From Auanema rhodensis (lineage: Eukaryota; Animalia; Nematoda), in NCBI GenBank assembly GCA_964057225.1, contig OZ059900.1, positions 14,694,001 through 14,758,000 on the forward strand: 64,000 nucleotides of DNA. Direction: 5' to 3'. Below the pieces are notes generated by a model that saw nothing but the letters and a program-made list of their open reading frames with translations, did not search any database and was not told the DNA's origin. Within the stretch, counting starts at the first letter, position 1, and the number at the start of each line of letters is the position of its first letter. The position numbers and the translations under genes are program-made. Of this stretch, positions 22,701 through 37,700 are shown piece by piece.

Positions 22701-25700
22701 TTGTGATTTTTTTTAAATTTTCAAACATTTCTATTTAATTTAAGTGTTCTATCTTAATTACGATGAAAAAAATTGATACGTCAACGTTTATCAATCGTTA
22801 ATTGTAACACCAAACTTCAATTAGCTCTTTGAGTAAAGTAGGCCATAAATCAAGATATGTTAGAGACAGTGTTTCATTTTTCTACTTTAATTCAAACTCA
22901 CACTCTTAATGAAAGTTTCTAAGTGCAAATTCAATCCTCGGTAGTATAGTGGTGAGTATCCGCGTCTGTCACATGCGAGACCCGGGATCAATTCCCGGCC
23001 GGGGAGAATGTTTTTGTTCTGATTCATCGTTATTGAATGTTATGCTATTTTTGTTTTCTTCAAAAAGTCGGATAAAGACGATAATTATTAGAAAAAAGAT
23101 TGTTTTAAACTTTCTGCTTTTTCAAAAGTGATTTAAGCTTGTGATTTTTTTTAAATTTTCAAACATTTCTATTTAATTTAAGTGTTCTATCTTAATTACG
23201 ATGAAAAAAATTGATACGTCAGCGTTTATCAATCGTTAATTGTAACACCAAACTTCAATTAGCTCTTTGAGTAAAGTAGGCCATAAATCAAGATATGTTA
23301 GAGACAGTGTTTCATTTTTCTACTTTAATTCAAACTCACACTCTTAATGAAAGTTTCTAAGTGCAAATTCAATCCTCGGTAGTATAGTGGTGAGTATCCG
23401 CGTCTGTCACATGCGAGACCCGGGTTCAATTCCCGGCCGGGGAGAATGTTTTTGTTCTGATTCATCGTTATTGAATGTTATGCTATTTTTGTTTTCTTCA
23501 AAAAGTCGGATAAAAACGATAATTATTAGAAAAAAGGTTGTTTTAAACTTTCTGCTTTTTCAAAAGTGATTTGAGCTTGTGATTTTTTTTAAAATTTTCA
23601 AACATTTCTATTTAATTTAAGTGTTCTATCTTAATTACGATGAAAAAAATTGATACGTCAGCGTTTATCAATCGTTAATTGTAACACCAAACTTCAATTA
23701 GCTCTTTGAGTAAAGTAGGCCATAAATCAAGATATGTTAGAGACAGTGTTTCATTTTTCTACTTTAATTCAAACTCACACTCTTAATGAAAGTTTCTAAG
23801 TGCAAATTCAATCCTCGGTAGTATAGTGGTGAGTATCCGCGTCTGTCACATGCGAGACCCGGGTTCAATTCCCGGCCGGGGAGAATGTTTTTGTTCTGAT
23901 TCATCGTTATTGAATGTTATGCTATTTTTGTTTTCTTCAAAAAGTCGGATAAAAACGATAATTATTAGAAAAAAGATTGTTTTAAACTTTCTGCTTTTTC
24001 AAAAGTGATTTGAGCTTGTGATTTTTTTTAAAATTTTCAAACATTTCTATTTAATTTAAGTGTTCTATCTTAATTACGATGAAAAAAATTGATACGTCAG
24101 CGTTTATCAATCGTTAATTGTAACACCAAACTTCAATTAGCTCTTTGAGTAAAGTAGGCCATAAATCAAGATATGTTAGAGACAGTGTTTCATTTTTCTA
24201 CTTTAATTCAAACTCACACTCTTAATGAAAGTTTCTAAGTGCAAATTCAATCCTCGGTAGTATAGTGGTAAGTATCCGCGTCTGTCACATGCGAGACCCG
24301 GGTTCAATTCCCGGCCGGGGAGAATGTTTTTGTTCTGATTCATCGTTATTGAATGTTATGCTATTTTTGTTTTCTTCAAAAAGTCGGATAAAGACGATAA
24401 TTATTAGAAAAAAGATTGTTTTAAACTTTCTGCTTTTTCAAAAGTGATTTGAGCTTGTGATTTTTTTTAAATTTTCAAACATTTCTATTTAATTTAAGTG
24501 TTCTATCTTAATTACGATGAAAAAAATTGATACGTCAGCGTTTATCAATCGTTAATTGTAACACCAAACTTCAATTAGCTCTTTGAGTAAAGTAGGGCAA
24601 AAATCAAGATATGTTAGAGACAGTGTTTCATTTTTCTACTTTAATTCAAACTCACACTCTTAATGAAAGTTTCTAAGTGCAAATTCAATCCTCGGTAGTA
24701 TAGTGGTGAGTATCCGCGTCTGTCACATGCGAGACCCGGGTTCAATTCCCGGCCGGGGAGAATGTTTTTGTTCTGATTCATCGTTATTGAATGTTATGCT
24801 ATTTTTGTTTTCTTCAAAAAGTCGGATAAAAACGATAATTATTAGAAAAAAGATTGTTTTAAACTTTCTGCTTTTTCAAAAGTGATTTGAGCTTGTGATT
24901 TTTTTTTAAATTTTCAAACATTTCTATTTAATTTAAGTGTTCTATCTTAATTACGATGAAAAAAATTGATACGTCAGCGTTTATCAATCGTTAATTGTAA
25001 CACCAAACTTCAATTAGCTCTTTGAGTAAAGTAGGCCATAAATCAAGATATGTTAGAGACAGTGTTTCATTTTTCTACTTTAATTCAAACTCACACTCTT
25101 AATGAAAGTTTCTAAAAGCAAATTCAATCCTCGGTAGTATAGTGGTGAGTATCCGCGTCTGTCACATGCGAGACCCGGGTTCAATTCCCGGCCGGGGAGA
25201 ATGTTTTTGTTCTGATTCATCGTTATTGAATGTTATGCTATTTTTGTTTTCTTCAAAAAGTCGGATAAAAACGATAATTATTAGAAAAAAGATTGTTTTA
25301 AACTTTCTGCTTTTTCAAAAGTGATTTGAGCTTGTGATTTTTTTTTAAATTTTCAAACATTTCTATTTAATTTAAGTGTTCTATCTTAATTACGATGAAA
25401 AAAAATGGAACGTCAGCGTTAATCAATTGTTCATTGTAACACCAAACTTCAATTAGCTCTTTGATTAAAGTAGGCCATGAATCAAGATATGTTAGAGACA
25501 GTGTTTCATTTTTCTACTTTAATTCAAACTCACACTCTTAATGAAAGTTTCTAAGTGCAAATTCAATCCTCGGTAGTATAGTGGTGAGTATCCGCGTCTG
25601 TCACATGCGAGACCCGGGTTCAATTCCCGGCCGGGGAGAATGTTTTTGTTCTGATTCATCGTTATTGAATGTTATGCTATTTTTGTTTTCTTCAAAAAGT

Positions 25701-28700
25701 CGGATAAAAACGATAATTATTAGAAAAAAGATTGTTTTAAACTTTCTGCTTTTTCAAAAGTGATTTGAGCTTGTGATTTTTTTTTAAATTTTCAAACATT
25801 TCTATTTAATTTAAGTGTTCTATCTTAATTACGATGAAAAAAATTGATACGTCAGCGTTTATCAATCGTTAATTGTAACACCAAACTTCAATTAGCTCTT
25901 TGAGTAAAGTAGGCCATAAATCAAGATATGTTAGAGACAGTGTTTCATTTTTCTACTTTAATTCAAACTCACACTCTTAATGAAAGTTTCTAAGTGCAAA
26001 TTCAATCCTCGGTAGTATAGTGGTGAGTATCCGCGTCTGTCACATGCGAGACCCGGGTTCAATTCCCGGCCGGGAAGAATGTTTTTGTTCTGATTCATCG
26101 TTATTGAATGTTATGCTATTTTTGTTTTCTTCCAAAAGTCGGATAAAAAAGATAATTATTAGAAAAAAGGTTGTTTTATTTTAAACTTTCTGTTTTTTCA
26201 AAAGTGATTTGAGCTTGTGTTTTTTTTCTAAATTGTTAAACATTTCCATTTAATTTAAATGTTCTATCTCAATTACGATGAAAAAAAATGGAACGTCAGC
26301 GTTAATCAATTGTTCATTGTAACACCAAACTTCAATCAGCTCTTTGATTAAAGTAGGCCATAAATCAAGATATGTTAGAGACAGTGTTTCATTTTTCTAC
26401 TTTAATTCAAACTCACACTCTTAATGAAAGTTTCTAAGTGCAAATTCAATCCTCGGTAGTATAGTGGTGAGTATCCGCGTCTGTCACATGCGAGACCCGG
26501 GTTCAATTCCCGGCCGGGGAGAATGTTTTTGTTCTGATTCATCGTTATTGAATGTTATGCTATTTTTGTTTTCTTCAAAAAGTCGGATAAAAACGATAAT
26601 TATTAGAAAAAAGATTGTTTTAAACTTTCTGTTTTTTCAAAAGTGATTTGAGCTTGTGTTTTTTTTCTAAATTGTTAAACATTTCCATTTAATTTAAATG
26701 TTCTATCTCAATTACGATGAAAAAAAATGGAACGTCAGCGTTAATCAATTGTTCATTGTAACACCAAACTTCAATTAGCTCTTTGATTAAAGTAGGCCAT
26801 GAATCAAGATATGTTAGAGACAGTGTTCCATTTTTCTACTTTAATTCAAACTCACACTCTTAATGAAAGTTTCTAAGTGCAAATTCAATCCTCGGTAGTA
26901 TAGTGGTGAGTATCCGCGTCTGTCACATGCGAGACCCGGGTTCAATTCCCGGCCGGGGAGAATGTTTTTGTTCTGATTCATCGTTATTGAATGTTATGCT
27001 ATTTTTGTTTTCTTCAAAAAGTCGGATAAAAACGATAATTATTAGAAAAAAGATTGTTTTAAACTTTCTGCTTTTTCAAAAGTGATTTGAGCTTGTGTTT
27101 TTTTTCTAAATTGTTAAACATTTCTATTTAATTTAAGTGTTCTATATTAATTACGATGAAAAAAATTGAAACGTCAGCGTTAATCAATTGTTCATTGTAA
27201 CACCAAACTTCAATTAGCTCTTTGTGTAAAGTAGGCCATAAAACAAGATATGCTAGAGACAGTGTTTCATTTTTCTACTTTAATTCAAACTCACACTCTT
27301 AATGAAAGTTTCTAAGTGCAAATTCAATCCTCGGTAGTATAGTGGTGAGTATCCGCGTCTGTCACATGCGAGACCCGGGTTCAATTCCCGGCCGGGGAGA
27401 ATGTTTTTGTTCTGATTCATCGTTATTGAATGTTATGCTATTTTTGTTTTCTTCCAAAAGTCGGATAAAAAAGATAATTATTAGAAAAAAGGTTGTTTTA
27501 TTTTAAACTTTCTGTTTTTTCAAAAGTGATTTGAGCTTGTGTTTTTTTTCTAAATTGTTAAACATTTCCATTTAATTTGAATGTTCTATCTCAATTACGA
27601 TGAAAAAAAATGGAACGTCAGCGTTAATCAATTGTTCATTGTAACACCAAACTTCAATTAGCTCTTTGATTAAAGTAGGCCATAAATCAAGATATGTTAG
27701 AGACAGTGTTTCATTTTTCTACTTTAATTCAAACTCACACTCTTAATGAAAGTTTTTAAGTGCAAATTCAATCCTCGGTAGTATAGTGGTGAGTATCCGC
27801 GTCTGTCACATGCGAGACCCGGGTTCAATTCCCGGCCGGGGAGAATGGTTTTGTTCTGATTCATCGTTATTGAATGTTATGCTATTTTTGTTTTCTTCAA
27901 AAAGTCGGATAAAAACGATAATTATTAGAAAAAAGATTGTTTTAAACTTTCTGCTTTTTCAAAAGTGATTTGAGCTTGTGTTTTTTTTCTAAATTGTTAA
28001 ACATTTCTATTTAATTTAAGTGTTCTATATTAATTACGATGAAAAAAATCGAAACGTCAGCGTTAATCAATTGTTCATTGTAACACCAAACTTCAATTAG
28101 CTCTTTGTGTAAAGTAGGCCATAAAACAAGATATGTTAGAGACAGTGTTTCATTTTTCTACTTTAATTCAAACTCACACTCTTAATGAAAGTTTCTAAGT
28201 GCAAATTCAATCCTCGGTAGTATAGTGGTGAGTATCCGCGTCTGTCACATGCGAGACCCGGGTACAATTCCTGGCCGGGGAGAATGTTTTTGTTCTGATT
28301 CATCGTTATTGAATGTTATGCTATTTTTGTTTTTTTCCAAAAGTCGGATAAAAAAGATAATTATTAGAAAAAAGGTTGTTTTAAACTTTCTGTTTTTTCA
28401 AAAGTGATTTGAGCTTGTGTTTTTTTTCTAAATTGTTAAACATTTCCATTTAATTTAAATGTTCTATCTCAATTACGATGAAAAAAATTGAAACGTCAGC
28501 GTTAATCAATTGTTCATTGTAACACCAAACTTCAATTAGCTCTTTGTGTAAAGTAGGCCATAAAACAAGATATGCTAGAGACAGTGTTTCATTTTTCTAC
28601 TTTAATTCAAACTCACACTCTTAATGAAAGTTTCTAAGTGCAAATTCAATCCTCGGTAGTATAGTGGTGAGTATCCGCGTCTGTCACATGCGAGACCCGG

Positions 28701-31700
28701 GTTCAATTCCCGGCCGGGGAGAATGTTTTTGTTCTGATTCATCGTTATTGAATGTTATGCTATTTTTGTTTTCTTCCAAAAGTCGGATAAAAAAGATAAT
28801 TATTAGAAAAAAGGTTGTTTTATTTTAAACTTTCTGTTTTTTCAAAAGTGATTTGAGCTTGTGTTTTTTTTCTAAATTGTTAAACATTTCCATTTAATTT
28901 GAATGTTCTATCTCAATTACGATGAAAAAAAATGGAACGTCAGCGTTAATCAATTGTTCATTGTAACACCAAACTTCAATTAGCTCTTTGATTAAAGTAG
29001 GCCATAAATCAAGATATGTTAGAGACAGTGTTTCATTTTTCTACTTTAATTCAAACTCACACTCTTAATGAAAGTTTTTAAGTGCAAATTCAATCCTCGG
29101 TAGTATAGTGGTGAGTATCCGCGTCTGTCACATGCGAGACCCGGGTTCAATTCCCGGCCGGGGAGAATGTTTTTGTTCTGATTCATCGTTATTGAATGTT
29201 ATGCTATTTTTGTTTTCTTCAAAAAGTCGGATAAAAACGATAATTATTAGAAAAAAGATTGTTTTAAACTTTCTGCTTTTTCAAAAGTGATTTGAGCTTG
29301 TGATATTTTCTAAATTTTTAAACATTTCCATTTAATTTAAGTATTCTATCTCAATTACGATGAAAAAAAATGGAACGTCAGCGTTAATCAATTGTTCATT
29401 GTAACACCAAACTTCAATTAGCTCTTTGAGTAAAGTAGGCCATAAATCAAGATATGTTAGAGACAGTGTTTCATTTTTCTACTTTAATTCAAACTCACAC
29501 TCTTAATGAAAGTTTCTAAGTGCAAATTCAATCCTCGGTAGTATAGTGGTGAGTATCCGCGTCTGTCACATGCGAGACCCGGGTTCAATTCCCGGCCGGG
29601 GAGAATGTTTTTGTTCTGATTCATCGTTATTGAATGTTATGCTATTTTTGTTTTCTTCAAAAAGTCGGATAAAAACGATAATTATTAGAAAAAAGATTGT
29701 TTTAAACTTTCTGCTTTTTCAAAAGTGATTTGAGCTTGTGATTTTTTTTTAAATTTTCAAACATTTCTATTTAATTTAAGTTTTCTATATTAATTACGAT
29801 GAAAAAAATTGAAACGTCAGCGTTAATCAATTGTTCATTGTAACACCAAACTTCAATTAGCTCTTTGCGTAAAGTAGGCCATAAATCAAGATATGTTAGA
29901 GACAGTGTTTCATTTTTCTACTATAATTCAAACTCACACTCTTAATGAAAGTTTCTAAGTGCAAATTCAATCCTCGGTAGTATAGTGGTGAGTATCCGCG
30001 TCTGTCACATGCGAGACCCGGGTTCAATTCCCGGCCGGGGAGAATGTTTTTGTTCTGATTCATCGTTATTGAATGTTATGCTATTTTTGTTTTCTTCCAA
30101 AAGTCGGATAAAAAAGATAATTATTAGAAAAAAGGTTGTTTTATTTTAAACTTTCTGTTTTTTCAAAAGTGATTTGAGCTTGTGTTTTTTTTCTAAATTG
30201 TTGAACATTTCCATTTAATTTGAATGTTCTATCTCAATTACGATGAAAAAAAATGGAACGTCAGCGTTAATCAATTGTTCATTGTAACACCAAACTTCAA
30301 TTAGCTCTTTGATTAAAGTAGGCCATAAATCAAGATATGTTAGAGACAGTGTTTCATTTTTCTACTTTAATTCAAACTCACACTCTTAATGAAAGTTTTT
30401 AAGTGCAAATTCAATCCTCGGTAGTATAGTGGTGAGTATCCGCGTCTGTCACATGCGAGACCCGGGTTCAATTCCCGGCCGGGGAGAATGGTTTTGTTCT
30501 GATTCATCGTTATTGAATGTTATGCTTATTTTGTTTTCTTCCAAAAGTCGAATTAAAAAGATAATTATTAGAAAAAAGATTGTTTTAAACTTTCTGCTTT
30601 TTCAAAAGTGATTTGAGCTTGTGTTTTTTTTCTAAATTGTTAAACATTTCTATTTAATTTAAGTGTTCTATATTAATTACGATGAAAAAAATCGAAACGT
30701 CAGCGTTAATCAATTGTTCATTGTAACACCAAACTTCAATTAGCTCTTTGTGTAAAGTAGGCCATAAAACAAGATATGTTAGAGACAGTGTTTCATTTTT
30801 CTACTTTAATTCAAACTCACACTCTTAATGAAAGTTTCTAAGTGCAAATTCAATCCTCGGTAGTATAGTGGTGAGTATCCGCGTCTGTCACATGCGAGAC
30901 CCGGGTTCAATTCCTGGCCGGGGAGAATGTTTTTGTTCTGATTCATCGTTATTGAATGTTATGCTATTTTTGTTTTTTTCCAAAAGTCGGATAAAAAAGA
31001 TAATTATTAGAAAAAAGGTTGTTTTAAACTTTCTGTTTTTTCAAAAGTGATTTGAGCTTGTGTTTTTTTTCTAAATTGTTAAACATTTCCATTTAATTTA
31101 AATGTTCTATCTCAATTACGATGAAAAAAATTGAAACGTCAGCGTTAATCAATTGTTCATTGTAACACCAAACTTCAATTAGCTCTTTGAGTAAAGTAGG
31201 CCATAAATCAAGATATGTTAGAGACAGTGTTTCATTTTTCTACTATAATTCAAACTCACACTCTTAATGAAAGTTTCTAAGTGCAAATTCAATCGTCGGT
31301 AGTATAGTGGTGAGTATCCGCGTCTGTCACATGCGAGACCCGGGATCAATTCCCGGCCGGGGAGAATGTTTTTGTTCTGATTCATCGTTATTGAATGTTA
31401 TGCTATTTTTGTTTTTTTCCAAAAGTCGGATAAAAAAGATAATTATTAGAAAAAAGGTTGTTTTAAACTTTCTGTTTTTTCAAAAGTGATTTGAGCTTGT
31501 GTTTTTTTTCTAAATTGTTAAACATTTCCATTTAATTTAAATGTTCTATCTCAATTACGATGAAAAAAATTGAAACGTCAGCGTTAATCAATTGTTCATT
31601 GTAACACCAAACTTCAATTAGCTCTTTGAGTAAAGTAGGCCATAAATCAAGATATGTTAGAGACAGTGTTTCATTTTTCTACTATAATTCAAACTCACAC

Positions 31701-34700
31701 TCTTAATGAAAGTTTCTAAGTGCAAATTCAATCGTCGGTAGTATAGTGGTGAGTATCCGCGTCTGTCACATGCGAGACCCGGGTTCAATTCCCGGCCGGG
31801 GAGAATGTTTTTGTTCTGATTCATCGTTATTGAATGTTATGCTATTTTTGTTTTCTTCAAAAAGTCGGATAAAAACGATAATTATTAGAAAAAAGATTGT
31901 TTTAAACTTTCTGTTTTTTCAAAAGTGATTTGAGCTTGTGTTTTTTTTCTAAATTGTTAAACATTTCCATTTAATTTAAATGTTCTATCTCAATTACGAT
32001 GAAAAAAAATGGAACGTCAGCGTTAATCAATTGTTCATTGTAACACCAAACTTCAATTAGCTCTTTGATTAAAGTAGGCCATGAATCAAGATATGTTAGA
32101 GACAGTGTTCCATTTTTCTACTTTAATTCAAACTCACACACTTAATGAAAGTTTCTAAGTGCAAATTCAATCCTCGGTAGTATAGTGGTGAGTATCCGCG
32201 TCTGTCACATGCGAGACCCGGGTTCAATTCCCGGCCGGGGAGAATGGTTTTGTTCTGATTCATCGTTATTGAATGTTATGCTTATTTTGTTTTCTTCCAA
32301 AAGTCGAATTAAAAAGATAATTATTAGAAAAAAGATTGTTTTAAACTTTCTGCTTTTTCAAAAGTGATTTGAGCTTGTGTTTTTTTTCTAAATTGTTAAA
32401 CATTTCTATTTAATTTAAGTGTTCTATATTAATTACGATGAAAAAAATCGAAACGTCAGCGTTAATCAATTGTTCATTGTAACACCAAACTTCAATTAGC
32501 TCTTTGTGTAAAGTAGGCCATAAAACAAGATATGTTAGAGACAGTGTTTCATTTTTCTACTTTAATTCAAACTCACACTCTTAATGAAAGTTTCTAAGTG
32601 CAAATTCAATCCTCGGTAGTATAGTGGTGAGTATCCGCGTCTGTCACATGCGAGACCCGGGTTCAATTCCCGGCCGGGGAGAATGTTTTTGTTCTGATTC
32701 ATCGTTATTGAATGTTATGCTATTTTTGTTTTCTTCAAAAAGTCGGATAAAAACGATAATTATTAGAAAAAAGATTGTTTTAAACTTTCTGCTTTTTCAA
32801 AAGTGATTTGAGCTTGTGATATTTTCTAAATTTTTAAACATTTCCATTTAATTTAAGTATTCTATCTCAATTACGATGAAAAAAAATGGAACGTCAGCGT
32901 TAATCAATTGTTCATTGTAACACCAAACTTCAATTAGCTCTTTGCGTAAAGTAGGCCATAAATCAAGATATGTTAGAGACAGTGTTTCATTTTTCTACTA
33001 TAATTCAAACTCACACTCTTAATGAAAGTTTTTAAGTGCAAATTCAATCCTCGGTAGTATAGTGGTGAGTATCCGCGTCTGTCACATGCGAGACCCGGGT
33101 TCAATTCCCGGCCGGGGAGAATGTTTTTGTTCTGATTCATCGTTATTGAATGTTATGCTATTTTTGTTTTCTTCCAAAAGTCGGATAAAAAAGATAATTA
33201 TTAGAAAAAAGGTTGTTTTATTTTAAACTTTCTGTTTTTTCAAAAGTGATTTGAGCTTGTGTTTTTTTTCTAAATTGTTAAACATTTCCATTTAATTTGA
33301 ATGTTCTATCTCAATTACGATGAAAAAAAATGGAACGTCAGCGTTAATCAATTGTTCATTGTAACACCAAACTTCAATTAGCTCTTTGAGTAAAGTAGGC
33401 CATAAATCAAGATATGTTAGAGACAGTGTTTCATTTTTCTACTTTAATTCAAACTCACACTCTTAATGAAAGTTTCTAAGTGCAAATTCAATCCTCGGTA
33501 GTATAGTGGTGAGTATCCGCGTCTGTCACATGCGAGACCCGGGTTCAATTCCCGGCCGGGGAGAATGTTTTTGTTCTGATTCATCGTTATTGAATGTTAT
33601 GCTATTTTTGTTTTCTTCAAAAAGTCGGATAAAAACGATAATTATTAGAAAAAAGATTGTTTTAAACTTTCTGCTTTTTCAAAAGTGATTTGAGCTTGTG
33701 ATTTTTTTTTAAATTTTCAAACATTTCTATTTAATTTAAGTTTTCTATATTAATTACGATGAAAAAAATTGAAACGTCAGCGTTAATCAATTGTTCATTG
33801 TAACACCAAACTTCAATTAGCTCTTTGCGTAAAGTAGGCCATAAATCAAGATATGTTAGAGACAGTGTTTCATTTTTCTACTATAATTCAAACTCACACT
33901 CTTAATGAAAGTTTCTAAGTGCAAATTCAATCGTCGGTAGTATAGTGGTGAGTATCCGCGTCTGTCACATGCGAGACCCGGGTTCAATTCCCGGCCGGGG
34001 AGAATGTTTTTGTTCTGATTCATCGTTATTGAATGTTATGCTAATTTTGTTTTCTTCAAAAAGTCGGATAAAAAAGATAATTATTAGAAAAAAGGTTGTT
34101 TTAAACTTTCTGTTTTTTCAAAAGTGATTTGAGCTTGTGTTTTTTTTCTAAATTGTTAAACATTTCCATTTAATTTAAATGTTCTATCTCAATTACGATG
34201 AAAAAAATTGAAACGTCAGCGTTAATCAATTGTTCATTGTAACACCAAACTTCAATTAGCTCTTTGAGTAAAGTAGGCCATAAATCAAGATATGTTAGAG
34301 ACAGTGTTTCATTTTTCTACTATAATTCAAACTCACACTCTTAATGAAAGTTTCTAAGTGCAAATTCAATCGTCGGTAGTATAGTGGTGAGTATCCGCGT
34401 CTGTCACATGCGAGACCCGGGATCAATTCCCGGCCGGGGAGAATGTTTTTGTTCTGATTCATCGTTATTGAATGTTATGCTATTTTTGTTTTTTTCCAAA
34501 AGTCGGATAAAAAAGATAATTATTAGAAAAAAGGTTGTTTTAAACTTTCTGTTTTTTCAAAAGTGATTTGAGCTTGTGATTTTTTTTTAAATTTTCAAAC
34601 ATTTCTATTTAATTTAAGTTTTCTATATTAATTACGATGAAAAAAAATGGAACGTCAGCGTTAATCAATTGTTCATTGTAACACCAAACTTCAATTAGCT

Positions 34701-37700
34701 CTTTGAGTAAAGTAGGCCATAAATCAAGATATGTTAGAGACAGTGTTTCATTTTTCTACTTTAATTCAAACTCACACTCTTAATGAAAGTTTCTAAGTGC
34801 AAATTCAATCCTCGGTAGTATAGTGGTGAGTATCCGCGTCTGTCACATGCGAGACCCGGGTTCAATTCCCGGCCGGGGAGAATGTTTTTGTTCTGATTCA
34901 TCGTTATTGAATGTTATGCTATTTTTGTTTTCTTCAAAAAGTCGGATAAAAACGATAATTATTAGAAAAAAGATTGTTTTAAACTTTCTGCTTTTTCAAA
35001 AGTGATTTGAGCTTGTGATTTTTTTTTAAATTTTCAAACATTTCTATTTAATTTAAGTTTTCTATATTAATTACGATGAAAAAAATTGAAACGTCAGCGT
35101 TAATCAATTGTTCATTGTAACACCAAACTTCAATTAGCTCTTTGATTAAAGTAGGCCATGAATCAAGATATGTTAGAGACAGTGTTCCATTTTTCTACTT
35201 TAATTCAAACTCACACACTTAATGAAAGTTTCTAAGTGCAAATTCAATCCTCGGTAGTATAGTGGTGAGTATCCGCGTCTGTCACATGCGAGACCCGGGT
35301 TCAATTCCCGGCCGGGGAGAATGTTTTTGTTCTGATTCATCGTTATTGAATGTTATGCTATTTTTGTTTTCTTCAAAAAGTCGGATAAAAACGATAATTA
35401 TTAGAAAAAAGATTGTTTTAAACTTTCTGCTTTTTCAAAAGTGATTTGAGCTTGTGTTTTTTTTCTAAATTGTTAAACATTTCTATTTAATTTAAGTGTT
35501 CTATATTAATTACGATGAAAAAAATTGAAACGTCAGCGTTAATCAATTGTTCATTGTAACACCAAACTTCAACTAGCTCTTTGTGTAAAGTAGGCCATAA
35601 AACAAGATATGCTAGAGACAGTGTTTCATTTTTCTACTTTAATTCAAACTCACACTCTTAATGAAAGTTTCTAAGTGCAAATTCAATCCTCGGTAGTATA
35701 GTGGTGAGTATCCGCGTCTGTCACATGCGAGACCCGGGTTCAATTCCCGGCCGGGGAGAATGTTTTTGTTCTGATTCATCGTTATTGAATGTTATGCTAT
35801 TTTTGTTTTCTTCCAAAAGTCGGATAAAAAAGATAATTATTAGAAAAAAGGTTGTTTTATTTTAAACTTTCTGTTTTTTCAAAAGTGATTTGAGCTTGTG
35901 TTTTTTTTCTAAATTGTTAAACATTTCCATTTAATTTGAATGTTCTATCTCAATTACGATGAAAAAAAATGGAACGTCAGCGTTAATCAATTGTTCATTG
36001 TAACACCAAACTTCAATTAGCTCTTTGATTAAAGTAGGCCATAAATCAAGATATGTTAGAGACAGTGTTTCATTTTTCTACTTTAATTCAAACTCACACT
36101 CTTAATGAAAGTTTTTAAGTGCAAATTCAATCCTCGGTAGTATAGTGGTGAGTATCCGCGTCTGTCACATGCGAGACCCGGGTTCAATTCCCGGCCGGGG
36201 AGAATGTTTTTGTTCTGATTCATCGTTATTGAATGTTATGCTATTTTTGTTTTCTTCAAAAAGTCGGATAAAAACGATAATTATTAGAAAAAAGATTGTT
36301 TTAAACTTTCTGCTTTTTCAAAAGTGATTTGAGCTTGTGATATTTTCTAAATTTTTAAACATTTCCATTTAATTTAAGTATTCTATCTCAATTACGATGA
36401 AAAAAAATGGAACGTCAGCGTTAATCAATTGTTCATTGTAACACCAAACTTCAATTAGCTCTTTGAGTAAAGTAGGCCATAAATCAAGATATGTTAGAGA
36501 CAGTGTTTCATTTTTCTACTTTAATTCAAACTCACACTCTTAATGAAAGTTTCTAAGTGCAAATTCAATCCTCGGTAGTATAGTGGTGAGTATCCGCGTC
36601 TGTCACATGCGAGACCCGGGTTCAATTCCCGGCCGGGGAGAATGTTTTTGTTCTGATTCATCGTTATTGAATGTTATGCTATTTTTGTTTTCTTCAAAAA
36701 GTCGGATAAAAACGATAATTATTAGAAAAAAGATTGTTTTAAACTTTCTGCTTTTTCAAAAGTGATTTGAGCTTGTGATTTTTTTTTAAATTTTCAAACA
36801 TTTCTATTTAATTTAAGTTTTCTATATTAATTACGATGAAAAAAATTGAAACGTCAGCGTTAATCAATTGTTCATTGTAACACCAAACTTCAATTAGCTC
36901 TTTGCGTAAAGTAGGCCATAAATCAAGATATGTTAGAGACAGTGTTTCATTTTTCTACTATAATTCAAACTCACACTCTTAATGAAAGTTTCTAAGTGCA
37001 AATTCAATCGTCGGTAGTATAGTGGTGAGTATCCGCGTCTGTCACATGCGAGACCCGGGTTCAATTCCCGGCCGGGGAGAATGTTTTTGTTCTGATTCAT
37101 CGTTATTGAATGTTATGCTAATTTTGTTTTCTTCAAAAAGTCGGATAAAAACGATAATTATTAGAAAAAAGATTGTTTTAAACTTTCTGCTTTTTCAAAA
37201 GTGATTTGAGCTTGTGATTTTTTTTTAAATTTTCAAACATTTCTATTTAATTTAAGTGTTCTATATTAATTACGATGAAAAAAATTGAAACGTCAGCGTT
37301 AATCAATTGTTCATTGTAACACCAAACTTCAATTAGCTCTTTGAGTAAAGTAGGCCATAAATCAAGATATGTTAGAGACAGTGTTTCATTTTTCTACTAT
37401 AATTCAAACTCACACTCTTAATGAAAGTTTCTAAGTGCAAATTCAATCGTCGGTAGTATAGTGGTGAGTATCCGCGTCTGTCACATGCGAGACCCGGGAT
37501 CAATTCCCGGCCGGGGAGAATGTTTTTGTTCTGATTCATCGTTATTGAATGTTATGCTATTTTTCTTTTCTTCCAAAAGCCGAATTAAAAAGATAATTAT
37601 TAGAAAAAAGGTTATTTTAAACTTTCTGTTTTTTCAAAAGTGATTTGAGCTTGTGATTTTTTTTTAAATTTTCAAACATTTCTATTTAATTTAAGTTTTC